From an uncultured Alphaproteobacteria bacterium (GTDB lineage Bacteria; Pseudomonadota; Alphaproteobacteria; Rhizobiales; Xanthobacteraceae), in contig CAWCZY010000019.1 of the NCBI GenBank assembly GCA_963800215.1, positions 92,782-156,781 of the forward strand: DNA of 64,000 bases. Reading direction: 5' to 3'. Below, piece after piece: positions 23,336 to 33,396 of the stretch (the first letter of the stretch is position 1; every line of letters begins with the position of its first letter). Below the pieces are notes generated by a model. The model had not been told where the DNA came from and made no database searches. It worked only from the letters and a program-made list of their open reading frames with translations. Position numbers and translations under genes: made by a program.

Positions 23336-23347
23336 GTTAAGCTTAAC
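23336..23347. promoter_or_regulatory. perfect 12-bp palindrome GTTAAGCTTAAC about 30 nt upstream of the phd-like gene (candidate operator)
   Basis: Palindrome seen directly. Its position fits antitoxin autoregulation, but this is untested. Confidence 0.3.
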
Positions 23348-23574
23348 ATGCGGGCCCTGTTCAGCGGTGGAAACCGCCCAGACCCGGTCCAGGCAGGATC
23401 ACCAGTACCGCCAAATTTTACTAAGCATTTGAAATAACTTGATTCTGAATTTTCGCGTCGATTTTGCCGCAAATGCCCGGCGAAATCGCGCCGATGAATC
23501 GAATTTTCCATAATTTAAGCATTTCGGCCTCACAGTGCTCCGCATACCAGCGTTCGCGTGTGGGGGACAAACAG

Positions 23575-24363
23575 ATGAAACGACTTTTGATCGGGATGGT
23601 GTCGGCGACCGCGCTCGCAGGCGGCGCCGGAATGGCGATCGCGGCGGACATGGCTCCGTACTACCGGGCACCGGTGCCGGCGCCGGTCTTCTACAGCTGG
23701 ACCGGCTTCTATGTCGGCGGCAACGCCGGCGGTGCATGGTCGAGCAACAACGCGCTGTGGACTCCGCTCCCGTCGTCGTCCGCGTTCGGAGTTTTTCCGA
23801 TCGCCGGCGACACCGGCGGCTCCTCGGCCATCGGCGGCTTCCAGGCCGGCTACAACTGGCAGTTTGCGCCCACCTGGGTCGCCGGCATCGAAGGCGACTG
23901 GTCCTGGGCCAATACCGGCAGCAGCATCAATCAGCAGTGGGCGACCAATCCTGCCGCAGTCGCGGTGCCGGGGTCCTCGACCAGCATGAGTTCGACCCTG
24001 GATTGGGTGTCGTCGCTCCGTGCCCGCCTCGGCTACCTCGTGCTGCCGAACCTGATGGCCTACGGCACCGCCGGCGGCGCCTGGGGCAAGGTCGACTACG
24101 CCGCGAGCAACAGCGGCGGAGTGGTCCCCTACGCCACCAGCACCGCGTTCTCCAGCACCCAGGGCGGCTGGGTGGCGGGCGGCGGCCTCGAATGGATGAT
24201 CACGCCCAACTGGCTGTTGCGGGGCGAATACCTCTATTACAGCCTCAACAGCTCCCCCTCCGTGGTCGCTGCTTCCCCCACCGCCCCGGGATTCCCGTCG
24301 GGCTATTCGTGGAGCAACACCAATGTGAGCGTGGCGCGGGCGGCGCTGAGCTACAAGTTCTGA
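23575..24363 (+). CDS. outer membrane beta-barrel protein (Omp25/RopB-like porin family)
   Basis: ATG at 23575 inside ORF 23464..24363. Signal peptide ending AIAAD; WTGFYVGGNAGG; GWVAGGGLEW; C-terminal ALSYKF. Confidence 0.85.
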   Translation: MKRLLIGMVSATALAGGAGMAIAADMAPYYRAPVPAPVFYSWTGFYVGGNAGGAWSSNNALWTPLPSSSAFGVFPIAGDTGGSSAIGGFQAGYNWQFAPTWVAGIEGDWSWANTGSSINQQWATNPAAVAVPGSSTSMSSTLDWVSSLRARLGYLVLPNLMAYGTAGGAWGKVDYAASNSGGVVPYATSTAFSSTQGGWVAGGGLEWMITPNWLLRGEYLYYSLNSSPSVVAASPTAPGFPSGYSWSNTNVSVARAALSYKF

Positions 24364-24386
24364 TCCGGCCGCATTTGCGAATTTGG

Positions 24387-24420
24387 AAAGCCCCGGGCAT
24401 CGCCCCGGGGCTTTTCGTTT
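24387..24420 (+). terminator. rho-independent terminator after the OMP gene
   Basis: AAAGCCCCGGG, a 6-nt loop, CCCGGGGCTTT, then TCGTTT. Confidence 0.7.
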
Positions 24421-24520
24421 GAAGACACCGCGGCGTTTGAATCTCTCCCGTGGAAGACCGCATTGCCGGTTCCCCGCTACCGTGAAAATCGGCTAAACTC
24501 CGCTCCAGGCGGAGCCGCAG

Positions 24521-26782
24521 ATGGCGGGGCAGGGCAGAGCGCAGGGACGGGTCGGTACGTGGCCGCGGCCGGGTTGGGCCGGTGCGGCGCCGTGGCCTAT
24601 TCCACTCCCGGGACTTGCCGGTCCGCTGGCGGCACAGCTGCGCGCGTGGGCGGCGGTGGAGGTCGCGCCGGGGCGGCTGATGCCGTGGCTTCCGGTCGCA
24701 TTCGGGACCGGCATCGCCGTGTACTTCACTGCCGAGCGGGAGCCGGTGTGGTGGGTGGCGGCGGCGCTCGCCATGGGCGCCGTTGCGGTCGCGGCCCTCG
24801 TGCGCACGCACGTCGCGTTTCCGGTCGCGCTCGGCTGTGCGGCGATCGCCGCGGGGTTTGCCACCGGCGCCATCAAGGCCCGCATCGTCGACCACACCGT
24901 GCTGCGCTTTACCGCCTACAGCGTCGGCGTCTCCGGCTTCGTCGAGACCCGCGAGGAGCGCGAGCGCAGCGACCGCATCGTGCTCCGCGTCACCGCCATG
25001 GAGGGCGCGCGTCTCGCCGAGCGGCCCGAGCGCGTCCGGCTCACCGTGCGCAAGGGCAGCGCGCCCGCGGTCGGCACCTTCGTCGCCATGAAGGCGCGGA
25101 TCAATCCGCCGACGCAGCCGTTGCGGCCCGGCAGCTACGACCTCGCCCGCGACCTCTACTTCCAGGGCATCGGCGCCACCGGCATGGTGCTCGGCGCGAT
25201 CAGGCCGGCCGCGCCCGCAGCCGCGCCGGGCTGGCACCTGCGGTTCGCCACCGCGGTCGAAGCGATCCGCGACGCCATCGATGCCCGCATCCGCGCGGCG
25301 ATCCCGGGCGACGCCGGCGCGATCGCCTCGGCCCTCATCACCGGCAAGCGCGATGCCATGAGCGGCAGCGTGTTCGACGCCATGTTCATTTCCGGCGTCG
25401 GCCATGTGCTGTCGGTCTCGGGCTACCACATGGCCCTGGTCGCCGGCGTGGTGTTCTTCATCCTCCGCGCCGGGTTCGCGCTGGTCCCGGGCCTCGCGCT
25501 ACGCCACCCCATCAAGAAATGGGCGGCCGCCGCCGCGCTCGTGGCCGCGGCCTGCTACCTCGTGCTGTCCGGCGCCGAGGTCGCGACGCAGCGCTCCTTC
25601 ATCATGACCGCGGTGGTGCTGGTCGGCGTCATGGCGGACCGGCCGGCGCTGACGCTGCGCACCATCGCGGTGGCGGCGCTCGCGGTGTTGCTGCTGGCGC
25701 CGGAAGCGGTGGTGCATCCGAGCTTCCAGATGTCGTTTGCGGCAACCCTTGCGCTCATAGCCACCTATGAGCGCGGCATTCCCTGGATCTCCGCCGGCCC
25801 CGATACCTCGCTCGGCGCCCGCGTCGCGCTATGGGGCGCGCGGGAAGCCGGATTCCTGATGCTGGCCTCGCTGGTGGCGGGCTTTGCCACCATGCCTTAC
25901 GCGGCCTATCACTTCCACCGGCTGGCGCCCTATGGCGTCGTCGCCAATCTGCTGGCGATGCCCGTCATCTCCGCGGTGTCGATGCCGGCCGGCCTGCTGG
26001 CGCTGGTGGCGATGCCGTTCGGCTTCGACGGGCCGCTGTGGCGGCTGATGGGTGTCGGCATCGACTGGATGATCATGGTCGCGACCTGGGTCGCGCATCT
26101 GCCGGGCGCGGTCGGCCACATCCACGCGTTCGGCATGGGCGCGCTGCTGCTCGCCACCGCCGGATTGATCGTGCTGTGCCTGTTGCGCAGTCCGCTGCGC
26201 TGGGCCGGCGCGGGGCTCGCCGCCGCGGGCTGCATCGCCGCGCTGCTGGCGGCGCGGCCGGATGTGCTGGTTTCCGCCACCGGAGAAGTGGTGGCGCTCC
26301 GCGGCAGCGACGGCCGCCTCACCGTACTCAAATCCGGCAACAATGATGGGCTCGCGGTCGGCGACTGGCTCAATGCCGACGGCGACGCGCGGCTAGCTAC
26401 CGATCACGCACTGGCTCAGGGCTTCGCCTGCGACCCCGACGGCTGTGCCGGCCGCCTCGCCGACGGCGCCATCGTCGCAGTGGCGCGCGGCCCCGGAGCG
26501 CTCGCCGACGACTGCAGCCGCGCCGCCCTCGTCGTCACCCCGCGCGCGCCGCCGCCGGACTGCGCCGCCATGGTGATCGACCGCAAGGCGCTGCGGGATA
26601 CCGGCGCGGTCGTGCTCTATCGCCGCGACGGGAGGTTCGAGGTGTTGGCGACCCGGCCGGGTGGGGTCGATCGCCCGTGGGCGCGCGGCTACGGGCAGGG
26701 CGAAACGCGGCCAGCGCTCAGGCCGGCGAGGCCGCCGGAGGTGGACGCGACACCGCCGGCGGATGCCGATGCGGAGGAGTGA
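24521..26782 (+). CDS. comEC: ComEC/Rec2 family competence membrane protein
   Basis: ORF 24521..26782. Polytopic membrane protein with SGVGHVLSVSGYHMALVAG and QRSFIMTAVVLVGV motifs. Conserved position next to lexA. Confidence 0.9.
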   Translation: MAGQGRAQGRVGTWPRPGWAGAAPWPIPLPGLAGPLAAQLRAWAAVEVAPGRLMPWLPVAFGTGIAVYFTAEREPVWWVAAALAMGAVAVAALVRTHVAFPVALGCAAIAAGFATGAIKARIVDHTVLRFTAYSVGVSGFVETREERERSDRIVLRVTAMEGARLAERPERVRLTVRKGSAPAVGTFVAMKARINPPTQPLRPGSYDLARDLYFQGIGATGMVLGAIRPAAPAAAPGWHLRFATAVEAIRDAIDARIRAAIPGDAGAIASALITGKRDAMSGSVFDAMFISGVGHVLSVSGYHMALVAGVVFFILRAGFALVPGLALRHPIKKWAAAAALVAAACYLVLSGAEVATQRSFIMTAVVLVGVMADRPALTLRTIAVAALAVLLLAPEAVVHPSFQMSFAATLALIATYERGIPWISAGPDTSLGARVALWGAREAGFLMLASLVAGFATMPYAAYHFHRLAPYGVVANLLAMPVISAVSMPAGLLALVAMPFGFDGPLWRLMGVGIDWMIMVATWVAHLPGAVGHIHAFGMGALLLATAGLIVLCLLRSPLRWAGAGLAAAGCIAALLAARPDVLVSATGEVVALRGSDGRLTVLKSGNNDGLAVGDWLNADGDARLATDHALAQGFACDPDGCAGRLADGAIVAVARGPGALADDCSRAALVVTPRAPPPDCAAMVIDRKALRDTGAVVLYRRDGRFEVLATRPGGVDRPWARGYGQGETRPALRPARPPEVDATPPADADAEE

Positions 26783-26831
26783 GGGGAGACAGATACGATT
26801 TGCGGCCAGAGATCGCCGCTGAAACCGCCGC

Positions 26832-27266
26832 CTAAGCAGCCGTCTGGACGCCGATGACGAGTTGTTGCCCGAGTTCGCGAAGAGCTTCGGTCAGCGTCGC
26901 CAGTTTCGTACCGTGGCGGGGATCGAGAATGCGGCGGACTTCCTTTTCGTCTTTCCCGAGCCGTCGGCCCAGCTCGGACTTGCTGATGCCGGCGCTCTTG
27001 AACGCCTCGAGCACCGCGATCTTGGCCGCGACCTCCGGCTCGACGGCGATCCTGATCAAGCCGCGTGCTTTCGACGTCGCATCGGGCACCGCGAGGCCTC
27101 GCCGCGGGTAAGTCAACAGCGCGAGGCCCAATGCCTCTTGCGCCTGCCTCATCGCGTCGGCTTCGTCGTCACCCTGGGTGATCGCCTCCGGTACATCGGG
27201 GAAGCTCACAACGATGCCGCCCTCATCACCCGGCTCGAACCGCGCTGAATATACAAAGGTTCGCAT
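26832..27266 (-). CDS. hicB: HicB family antitoxin with C-terminal HTH
   Basis: ORF 26832..27266. N-terminal FEPGDEGGIVVSFPDVPEAITQGDDEADAMRQAQEAL (HicB fold) and C-terminal ISKSELGRRLGKDEKEVRRILD. Confidence 0.85.
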   Translation of the reverse strand: MRTFVYSARFEPGDEGGIVVSFPDVPEAITQGDDEADAMRQAQEALGLALLTYPRRGLAVPDATSKARGLIRIAVEPEVAAKIAVLEAFKSAGISKSELGRRLGKDEKEVRRILDPRHGTKLATLTEALRELGQQLVIGVQTAA

Positions 27267-27311
27267 GCCTTCGTTCTCTAATTTATTATCAAGGAGGAGG
27301 CCTGGAGAGCT

Positions 27312-27551
27312 CTAGTCGAGACCAAGTGCCTTCCTGATCTTGCGTGCCGTCTTCGGATCGATCTCGCGTCCCGGTATGGTAGTCACCTTGTCAGTGCCGA
27401 CCCAGACCATCGAATGACCACCCTTACCGCGATCTTTTTCCACTCGAAATGCCAATTTCCGCTTTTTGGCCTCGTGGCGAAGCTCCGCAATGAATTTGTC
27501 CCGCTTGTCCACGGCCGCATTACTTGTCGGACATTTTCGTCCGAAAATCAA
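27312..27551 (-). CDS. hicA: HicA-like toxin; start uncertain
   Basis: ORF 27312..27551. GGHSMVWVG...TTIPG.REIDPKTARKIRKALGL matches the HicA pattern G-[GS]-H ... P ... I.K..GL. Lies directly upstream of hicB. Confidence 0.7.
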   Translation of the reverse strand: MIFGRKCPTSNAAVDKRDKFIAELRHEAKKRKLAFRVEKDRGKGGHSMVWVGTDKVTTIPGREIDPKTARKIRKALGLD

Positions 27552-28036
27552 TAGCTGTTAGGGTACACATTCGCAGAAAAGGTCGAGCATCTTGCGACAC
27601 CCATCTTGGGCCGCGTCGGTGATCCGATGATGGGTTTCGCTCTGCTCAACCCATCCGGCCAACGCAATCGACGAACTCGGGAAGGTCCCTCGATACTTGC
27701 GAGGGGCCGCCGTCGACGCCGCTTCAGATCAGTCCGATGACGGATGCACCGAACGTCAGCAAGACGACGCAGCTCAGCAAACTCAAAATGATGATGGGGA
27801 TGTCTTCGCGGCGAATCATCTTAGCCCCCCTGGGTTGCCCAACTCGTAATCTGCGGTCCGATCCCTGCCAAGTTTGAAGTCCGGGAACTCACAGGCAAAT
27901 TATTTCGGACCGTTTGCCGGCGAACATCGTCCCCACCGAGTTGTCGACCTGCGCGCGATTTGGTGCCGCAGCCGGCACGAATGCGAGCGCAAGCGTGTGA
28001 CCACGAGAATGCGAGGCGAAAGAGTTTGAGCGGAGC

Positions 28037-28744
28037 TCAATACCGCCGGAACAGCCCGACCATCTTGCCCTGGATGCGGACCCGGTTGGGCGGCAGGATG
28101 CGGACCTCGTAGGAGGTATTGGCGGGTTCCAGCGCGATCGAAGCGCCGCGGCGGCGGAAGCGCTTGAGGGTGGCTTCCTCCTCGTCGATCAGGGCGACCA
28201 CGATATCGCCGGTGTCGGCGGCTTCGCTTTTCTTGATGAGGGCGATGTCGCCGTCGAGGATGCCGGCCTCGATCATGGAATCGCCGCGCACTTCGAGGGC
28301 GAAATGCTCTCCACCCGGCGATAGAAGATCCGGCGGCATGTTGATGACGCTGCTCTTGTTTTGGATGGCTTCGATCGGCGTGCCGGCGGCGATGCGGCCC
28401 ATCACCGGAACCGCCACCGGGCGGTTGCTGTCGTCCTCCACGGATGGCGCCCGCACCCGGCCGAGATTGCCCTCGATCACATTGGGAACGAACCCGCGCG
28501 AGCGTCCATTGGCGACCCCATGGGCGACGGAGTCGGGCAGGCGGATCACTTCGATGGCGCGGGCGCGGTTGGGCAGCCGCCGGATGAAGCCGCGCTCCTC
28601 GAGCGCCGTGATCAGGCGGTGGATGCCGGACTTGGAACGCAGATCCAGCGCTTCCTTCATCTCGTCGAAGGAAGGCGGTACGCCGAACTCCTTGAGCCTC
28701 TCGTGAATGAAGCGGAGCAGCTCATATTGCTTACGCGTCAGCAT
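28037..28744 (-). CDS. lexA: LexA repressor
   Basis: ATG at 28744 inside ORF 28037..28822 ([13 protein letters not shown]). Winged HTH. The AG cleavage-site region and S24 peptidase motifs ([17 protein letters not shown]) are present. Confidence 0.95.
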   Translation of the reverse strand: MLTRKQYELLRFIHERLKEFGVPPSFDEMKEALDLRSKSGIHRLITALEERGFIRRLPNRARAIEVIRLPDSVAHGVANGRSRGFVPNVIEGNLGRVRAPSVEDDSNRPVAVPVMGRIAAGTPIEAIQNKSSVINMPPDLLSPGGEHFALEVRGDSMIEAGILDGDIALIKKSEAADTGDIVVALIDEEEATLKRFRRRGASIALEPANTSYEVRILPPNRVRIQGKMVGLFRRY

Positions 28745-28847
28745 GTTCCCAGTCCCCCGATGGTCGTTCCCGGAGATGTTCCCGGTGGTCTTTTCCGACC
28801 GTGTCGTGCAACAGTCCACCAAAACAAATCATGAACATACACTATCC

Positions 28848-28862
28848 GTTCCATATGTGTTC
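28848..28862. promoter_or_regulatory. alphaproteobacterial SOS box GTTC-N7-GTTC upstream of lexA
   Basis: GTTCCATATGTGTTC lies 104 to 118 nt upstream of the lexA ATG. A weaker second box (AAACAAATCATGAAC, which reads GTTC-N7-GTTT on the lexA strand) is at 28822..28836. Confidence 0.65.
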
Positions 28863-28901
28863 CGCAACCATTTAATTTGGAGTGAACAATCCGAGGGGAT
28901 G

Positions 28902-30110
28902 TCAAAATTGAAGGTTGAGGATGACACAAGGTGAACCCGGCTCCGCTGCCGGAGCAAAGGGTTCGCGCACCAGCAGGCAATCGGCGTGGGCGAGGGGGAC
29001 GAGCAGCGAGCTGTCCTGGGCGCGGAACGGCGTCGCTATCTTGGTCCCGTCGGGCCGGCATTCGAGGGTGGCGCGCATGTAGTCGGCGCGCTCGTCATTG
29101 GCCTTGAGTGCGCAGCCCAGTACGGCGGGCTCCGGCTGTAGCGACAGGTCGGTGCGGCCGGCGAGGTGGCGCAGCAACGGTACCAGGAACAGGACCGCGC
29201 AGACATACGCCGATACCGGATTGCCCGGCAGCCCCAGCACCTGCATGTCGCCGAGCTTGCCGTGCATCAGCGGCCGTCCCGGCCGCAGAGCCACCTTCCA
29301 GAACGACAGTGCCATGCCTTCGGCCGCGAAGGCCTGCTGCACGAAGTCGTAATCGCCGACCGATGCGCCCCCGCTGGTGACGAGCACGTCGACGCCGGCG
29401 GTGCGGGCGCGGCGGACCGCGGCAATGGTCGCGTCCAGCCGATCGGGGACGATGCCGAAGTCGGTGGCCTCCGCGCCTTCGTTGCGTGCCAAGGCGGCGA
29501 TGGCGATCCCGTTGGAATGCACGATCTGGCCGGGCGCCGGCGCCGTGCCCGGCTCCACCAGTTCGTCTCCCGTGGCAAACACAGCGAGGCGCGGTCGCCG
29601 GTGCGCCGGCACCTCGGCATGGTTCATGGCGCCGGCGAGCGCAATGTCGCGCGGGCTCAGCCGGCGGCCCTTCTGTAGGAGCACGTCGCCCTGCCTGAAA
29701 TCGGCCCCCTGGCGCCGGACGTTGCGCCCCGTGGTCTCCGGCCGCTTGATGGCGACGCTGTCGCCGTCGCGGCTGGTGACTTCCTGGATCACCACGGTGT
29801 CGGCGCCGGCCGGCATCACCGCGCCGGTGAAAATCCGCGCCGCCTCGCCGGGCCCGACGGCCCCATCGAATGGCCGGCCCGCCGCGACCTCGCCGATCAC
29901 CTTGAGGACCGCGGGTGCGACGACGTCCGCGCCGCGCACGGCATAGCCGTCCATGGCCGAGACATCGGCGGGCGGCTGGGTGCGCAAGGCCGCGAGATCG
30001 GCGGTGAGAACGCGGCCGGCCGCGGCCGCGAGCGGAACCGGCTCGGACGGCAGCGGCTGCGCCTGCGCCAGCACCGCGGCGAGGGCGTCGGCGACCGAAA
30101 GCAGCGCCAC
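28902..30110 (-). CDS. moeA: molybdopterin molybdotransferase MoeA
   Basis: ORF 28902..30110. Motifs VSAMDGYAVR, TGDELVEPG and TSGGASVGDYDF. Confidence 0.93.
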   Translation of the reverse strand: MALLSVADALAAVLAQAQPLPSEPVPLAAAAGRVLTADLAALRTQPPADVSAMDGYAVRGADVVAPAVLKVIGEVAAGRPFDGAVGPGEAARIFTGAVMPAGADTVVIQEVTSRDGDSVAIKRPETTGRNVRRQGADFRQGDVLLQKGRRLSPRDIALAGAMNHAEVPAHRRPRLAVFATGDELVEPGTAPAPGQIVHSNGIAIAALARNEGAEATDFGIVPDRLDATIAAVRRARTAGVDVLVTSGGASVGDYDFVQQAFAAEGMALSFWKVALRPGRPLMHGKLGDMQVLGLPGNPVSAYVCAVLFLVPLLRHLAGRTDLSLQPEPAVLGCALKANDERADYMRATLECRPDGTKIATPFRAQDSSLLVPLAHADCLLVREPFAPAAEPGSPCVILNLQF

Positions 30111-30113
30111 GGC

Positions 30114-30629
30114 TCAAGCCCCCCCGGCGCGGGGATGGCCGGACTTGTAATGGCCGGATTTGCCGCCGCGCTTTTCGATCAGCCGAATTCCGTCGATGAC
30201 CGCGCCGCGCTCGACCGCCTTGATCATGTCGTAGACGGTGAGGCATGCGACCGACACCGCGGTGAGCGCCTCCATCTCGACCCCGGTCTGGCCGGTGACC
30301 TTCACGATGGCGCGGACCACCAGGCCGGGAGCACTTCCGGGAGCACCTGCATCGGGCGCGATATCGATCTCGACCTTGGTGATCGCGAGCGGGTGGCACA
30401 GCGGGATGAGATCGTGGGTCTTCTTCGCCGCCATGATGCCGGCGATCCGCGCGGCGCCGAGCACGTCGCCCTTCTTGGCGTTGCCGGAGAGCACAAGGTC
30501 GAGCGTCGCCTGGCTCATGCGCACCCGGCCCTCGGCCACCGCGACCCGCTCGGTGACGGCCTTCTCCGACACGTCGACCATGCGGGCGGCGCCGCCCTGG
30601 TCGATATGGGTGAGCTTGCGCCCGGCCAT
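30114..30629 (-). CDS. moaC: cyclic pyranopterin monophosphate synthase MoaC
   Basis: ORF 30114..30629. Motifs [27 protein letters not shown] and GVEMEALTA. Confidence 0.95.
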   Translation of the reverse strand: MAGRKLTHIDQGGAARMVDVSEKAVTERVAVAEGRVRMSQATLDLVLSGNAKKGDVLGAARIAGIMAAKKTHDLIPLCHPLAITKVEIDIAPDAGAPGSAPGLVVRAIVKVTGQTGVEMEALTAVSVACLTVYDMIKAVERGAVIDGIRLIEKRGGKSGHYKSGHPRAGGA

Positions 30630-30632
30630 GGC

Positions 30633-31457
30633 TCAGCCCGCCGCCGCGCTGCGTGCGGTTCCCCGATCCAGCAGGGCGCGTGTCGCGGCGGCGACGTCGG
30701 CCTGGCGCATCAGGCTTTCCCCGACAAGGAAGGTCGAGATTCCCGTACGCGCGAGCCGGGCGAGGTCGGCCGGCGTGAAGATGCCGCTTTCGCCGACCAC
30801 GACGCGATCGCGCGGCACCGTCGGCGCCAGACGCTCGGCGACCTCCAGCGCGGTCACGAAGGTCTTGAGGTCGCGGTTGTTGATGCCGATCAGCCGCGAT
30901 TTCAGCCCCAGCGCGCGCTCCAATTCGGCGGCGTCGTGGACTTCGAGCAGCACGTCCATGCCGAGGCCGAACGCGGCGGCCTCGATCTCCGCCGCGGCGC
31001 CGTCATCCAGCGCCGCCATGATGATGAGGATGCAGTCGGCCCCGAACGCGCGGGCCTCGGCGACCTGGTAGGGGTCGTACATGAAATCCTTGCGCAGCAC
31101 CGGCAACGCGGTCGCAGCGCGCGCCGCGACCAGGTGCTCCGGGCTGCCCTGGAACGACGGCGCATCGGTCAGCACCGAGAGGCACGCCGCCCCACCGGTT
31201 TCATAGGCGCGTGCCAGGGCAGGGGGATCGAAGTCGGCGCGGATCAGGCCCTTGGACGGGCTCGCCTTCTTGATCTCCGCGATCAGGGCATAGTCGCCCC
31301 GTTCGAGCCGCCGCTCGATCGCCCGCACGAAACCCCGCGGCGGCGCCGCCGCTTTGGCGGCGGCCTCGACGGCGGCGCGGGACCGCGCGCGCTTCGCTGC
31401 CGCGATCTCGTCGCGCTTGTAGGCTTCGATGCGGGTGAGGATGTCGGCCATGGTCAA
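30633..31457 (-). CDS. trpC: indole-3-glycerol phosphate synthase
   Basis: ORF 30633..31457. Motifs [24 protein letters not shown] and [11 protein letters not shown]. Confidence 0.95.
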   Translation of the reverse strand: MTMADILTRIEAYKRDEIAAAKRARSRAAVEAAAKAAAPPRGFVRAIERRLERGDYALIAEIKKASPSKGLIRADFDPPALARAYETGGAACLSVLTDAPSFQGSPEHLVAARAATALPVLRKDFMYDPYQVAEARAFGADCILIIMAALDDGAAAEIEAAAFGLGMDVLLEVHDAAELERALGLKSRLIGINNRDLKTFVTALEVAERLAPTVPRDRVVVGESGIFTPADLARLARTGISTFLVGESLMRQADVAAATRALLDRGTARSAAAG

Positions 31458-31506
31458 AGTTTATCCCCCGCGGCAGCGCTTGTCGCGGGACCAAGCCGCA
31501 TCGATG

Positions 31507-31580
31507 CAGCCCGGATGGAGCGCAGCGAAATCCGGGACCGCCGTCCCGCATGTCCGCTTCGCTCCCATTCGGGCTACGGG
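31507..31580. repeat. REP-like palindrome inserted in the trpD-trpC intergenic gap
   Basis: GCAGCCCGGATGGAGCGCAGCGAAATCCGGGA pairs with TCCCGCATGTCCGCTTCGCTCCCATTCGGGCTACGGGC. Same family as the copies at 10162 and 17948. Confidence 0.6.
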
Positions 31581-31590
31581 CATCGGGTTC

Positions 31591-32604
31591 TCACGCGTTC
31601 GACACCGCGATCAGGCGGTCGAGGCTGCCTTCGGCCTCGCCGCTGTCGATCGAATGCTGCGCCAGCGCGACCCCATGGGCGAGATCCTTCGCCTTCCCCG
31701 CGACCACCAGGGCAGCGGCGGCGTTGAGCACGGCGACATCGCGGTAGGGGCCCTTGAAGCCTTCGAGCACCGCCTTGAGCGCTTCCGCATTGGCCACGGC
31801 GTCGCCGCCGCGCAGGGCTTCCGGCCTGGTGCGGGGCAGGCCGACATCCTCCGGCGCGATCTCGAAGCAGCGCACCACGCCGTCCTCCAGCGCCGCCACC
31901 GCGGTGGTGCCGGCGGTGGTGATCTCGTCGAGCCCGTCGGAGCCGTGCACGACGTAGGCGCGCTCGGAGCCGAGATTTTTCAGCACATGGGCGAGCGGCT
32001 CGACCCATTGCCTCGAAAACACGCCGACCATCTGCCGCTTGACGCCGGCCGGGTTCGACAAGGGCCCGAGCAGGTTGAATATGGTGCGGGTGCCGAGCTC
32101 GACCCGGGTCGGGCCGACATGCTTCATCGCCGGATGATGCGCCGGCGCGAACATGAAGCCGATGCCGGCTTCCCGGATGCAGGCGCTGATCGCCGCGGGT
32201 CCGATGTCGATCTTGACGCCGAGCGCCATGAGCACATCCGCTGCACCCGAGCGCGACGACAGCGCGCGGTTGCCGTGCTTTGCCACCGGCACTCCTGCGC
32301 CGGCGGCGATGAAGGCGGCGCAGGTGGAGATGTTGTAGGAACCAGACGCGTCGCCGCCGGTGCCGACCACGTCGATGGCGTCCGCTGGCGCCGCGACGCC
32401 CAGCATCTTGCCGCGCATCGCCGTGACCGCGCCGGTGATCTCCTCGACGGTCTCGCCGCGCACCCGCAACGCCATCAAGAGGCCGCCGATCTGGGACGGC
32501 GTCACCTCGCCGGACATCATGCTTTCGAACGCGTCGAACGCCGCTTCGCGGCTCAACGCCGCCCCGGCCGCCACCTGCCCGATGAGCGCCTTGATCTCGA
32601 CCAT
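31591..32604 (-). CDS. trpD: anthranilate phosphoribosyltransferase
   Basis: ORF 31591..32604. Motifs [33 protein letters not shown] and GPLSNPAG. Confidence 0.95.
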   Translation of the reverse strand: MVEIKALIGQVAAGAALSREAAFDAFESMMSGEVTPSQIGGLLMALRVRGETVEEITGAVTAMRGKMLGVAAPADAIDVVGTGGDASGSYNISTCAAFIAAGAGVPVAKHGNRALSSRSGAADVLMALGVKIDIGPAAISACIREAGIGFMFAPAHHPAMKHVGPTRVELGTRTIFNLLGPLSNPAGVKRQMVGVFSRQWVEPLAHVLKNLGSERAYVVHGSDGLDEITTAGTTAVAALEDGVVRCFEIAPEDVGLPRTRPEALRGGDAVANAEALKAVLEGFKGPYRDVAVLNAAAALVVAGKAKDLAHGVALAQHSIDSGEAEGSLDRLIAVSNA

Positions 32605-32611
32605 GCTGCCC

Positions 32612-33241
32612 TCAATGCGTCCGGCTCGAAGCTATCGAGCCCGGCTTGCGGCGGCCGGTGGCGGCGTTCCAGTCCACGGCGAGGTCGAGGAAGTTCTTGA
32701 GGATCAGATGACCGTGCTCGGACGCAATGCTTTCGGGGTGGAACTGCACCCCATGCACGGGCAGGGTGCGATGCTGCAGCGCCATCACCAGGCGGTCCCC
32801 GGTCTGTGCCGTGACCGCGAGATCCCCCGGCATCGAGGCGCGGTCTACCACGAGGGAATGATAGCGCGTCGCCTTGAACGGGCCGTTGATGCCGCGGAAC
32901 ACGCCCCGGCCCTCGTGGCTCACCTCGGAGAGCTTGCCGTGCACGGGCAGGGGGGCGCGGACCACCTGGCCGCCGAACGCCTGGCCGATCGCCTGGTGGC
33001 CGAGGCAGACGCCGAACACGGGAATGGTGGGCGCCGCCTGCTCGATCAGCTCGAGGCAGATGCCGGCATCGTCGGGCGTGCACGGCCCCGGCGACAGCAC
33101 GATCGCGTCGGGATCGGCGGCGACCACGGCGGCGCTTGCGATCTTGTCGTTGCGGTGCACGACGACGTCGGCCCCCAGCCCGCCGAGATAGTGGACGAGG
33201 TTGAAGGTGAAGCTGTCGTAGTTGTCGATGAGGACGATCAT
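32612..33241 (-). CDS. trpG: anthranilate synthase component II (glutamine amidotransferase)
   Basis: ORF 32612..33241. Motifs [15 protein letters not shown] and QFHPES. Confidence 0.93.
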   Translation of the reverse strand: MIVLIDNYDSFTFNLVHYLGGLGADVVVHRNDKIASAAVVAADPDAIVLSPGPCTPDDAGICLELIEQAAPTIPVFGVCLGHQAIGQAFGGQVVRAPLPVHGKLSEVSHEGRGVFRGINGPFKATRYHSLVVDRASMPGDLAVTAQTGDRLVMALQHRTLPVHGVQFHPESIASEHGHLILKNFLDLAVDWNAATGRRKPGSIASSRTH

Positions 33242-33396
33242 GGCACCGTTCTACCCGGTAGCGGTGGGGGGTCAAGGCGGGGGTTCGTCGGGATGCGCTC
33301 GAGCCAACCCTCCCAAGAGGTCCGCGACGGACTTCCGGCCGGCCGTGGCCGGTCCCGCGCAGGTGCTTTTGCAGCGCGAATGTGCTATGAATTCTT

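Noticed and set aside
26783-28036. Possibility that the hicAB island is a mobile element or prophage remnant
   Set aside because: There is no integrase, transposase, terminal inverted repeats or direct-repeat att sites on the flanks. Only a TA pair and a mini-ORF are present.
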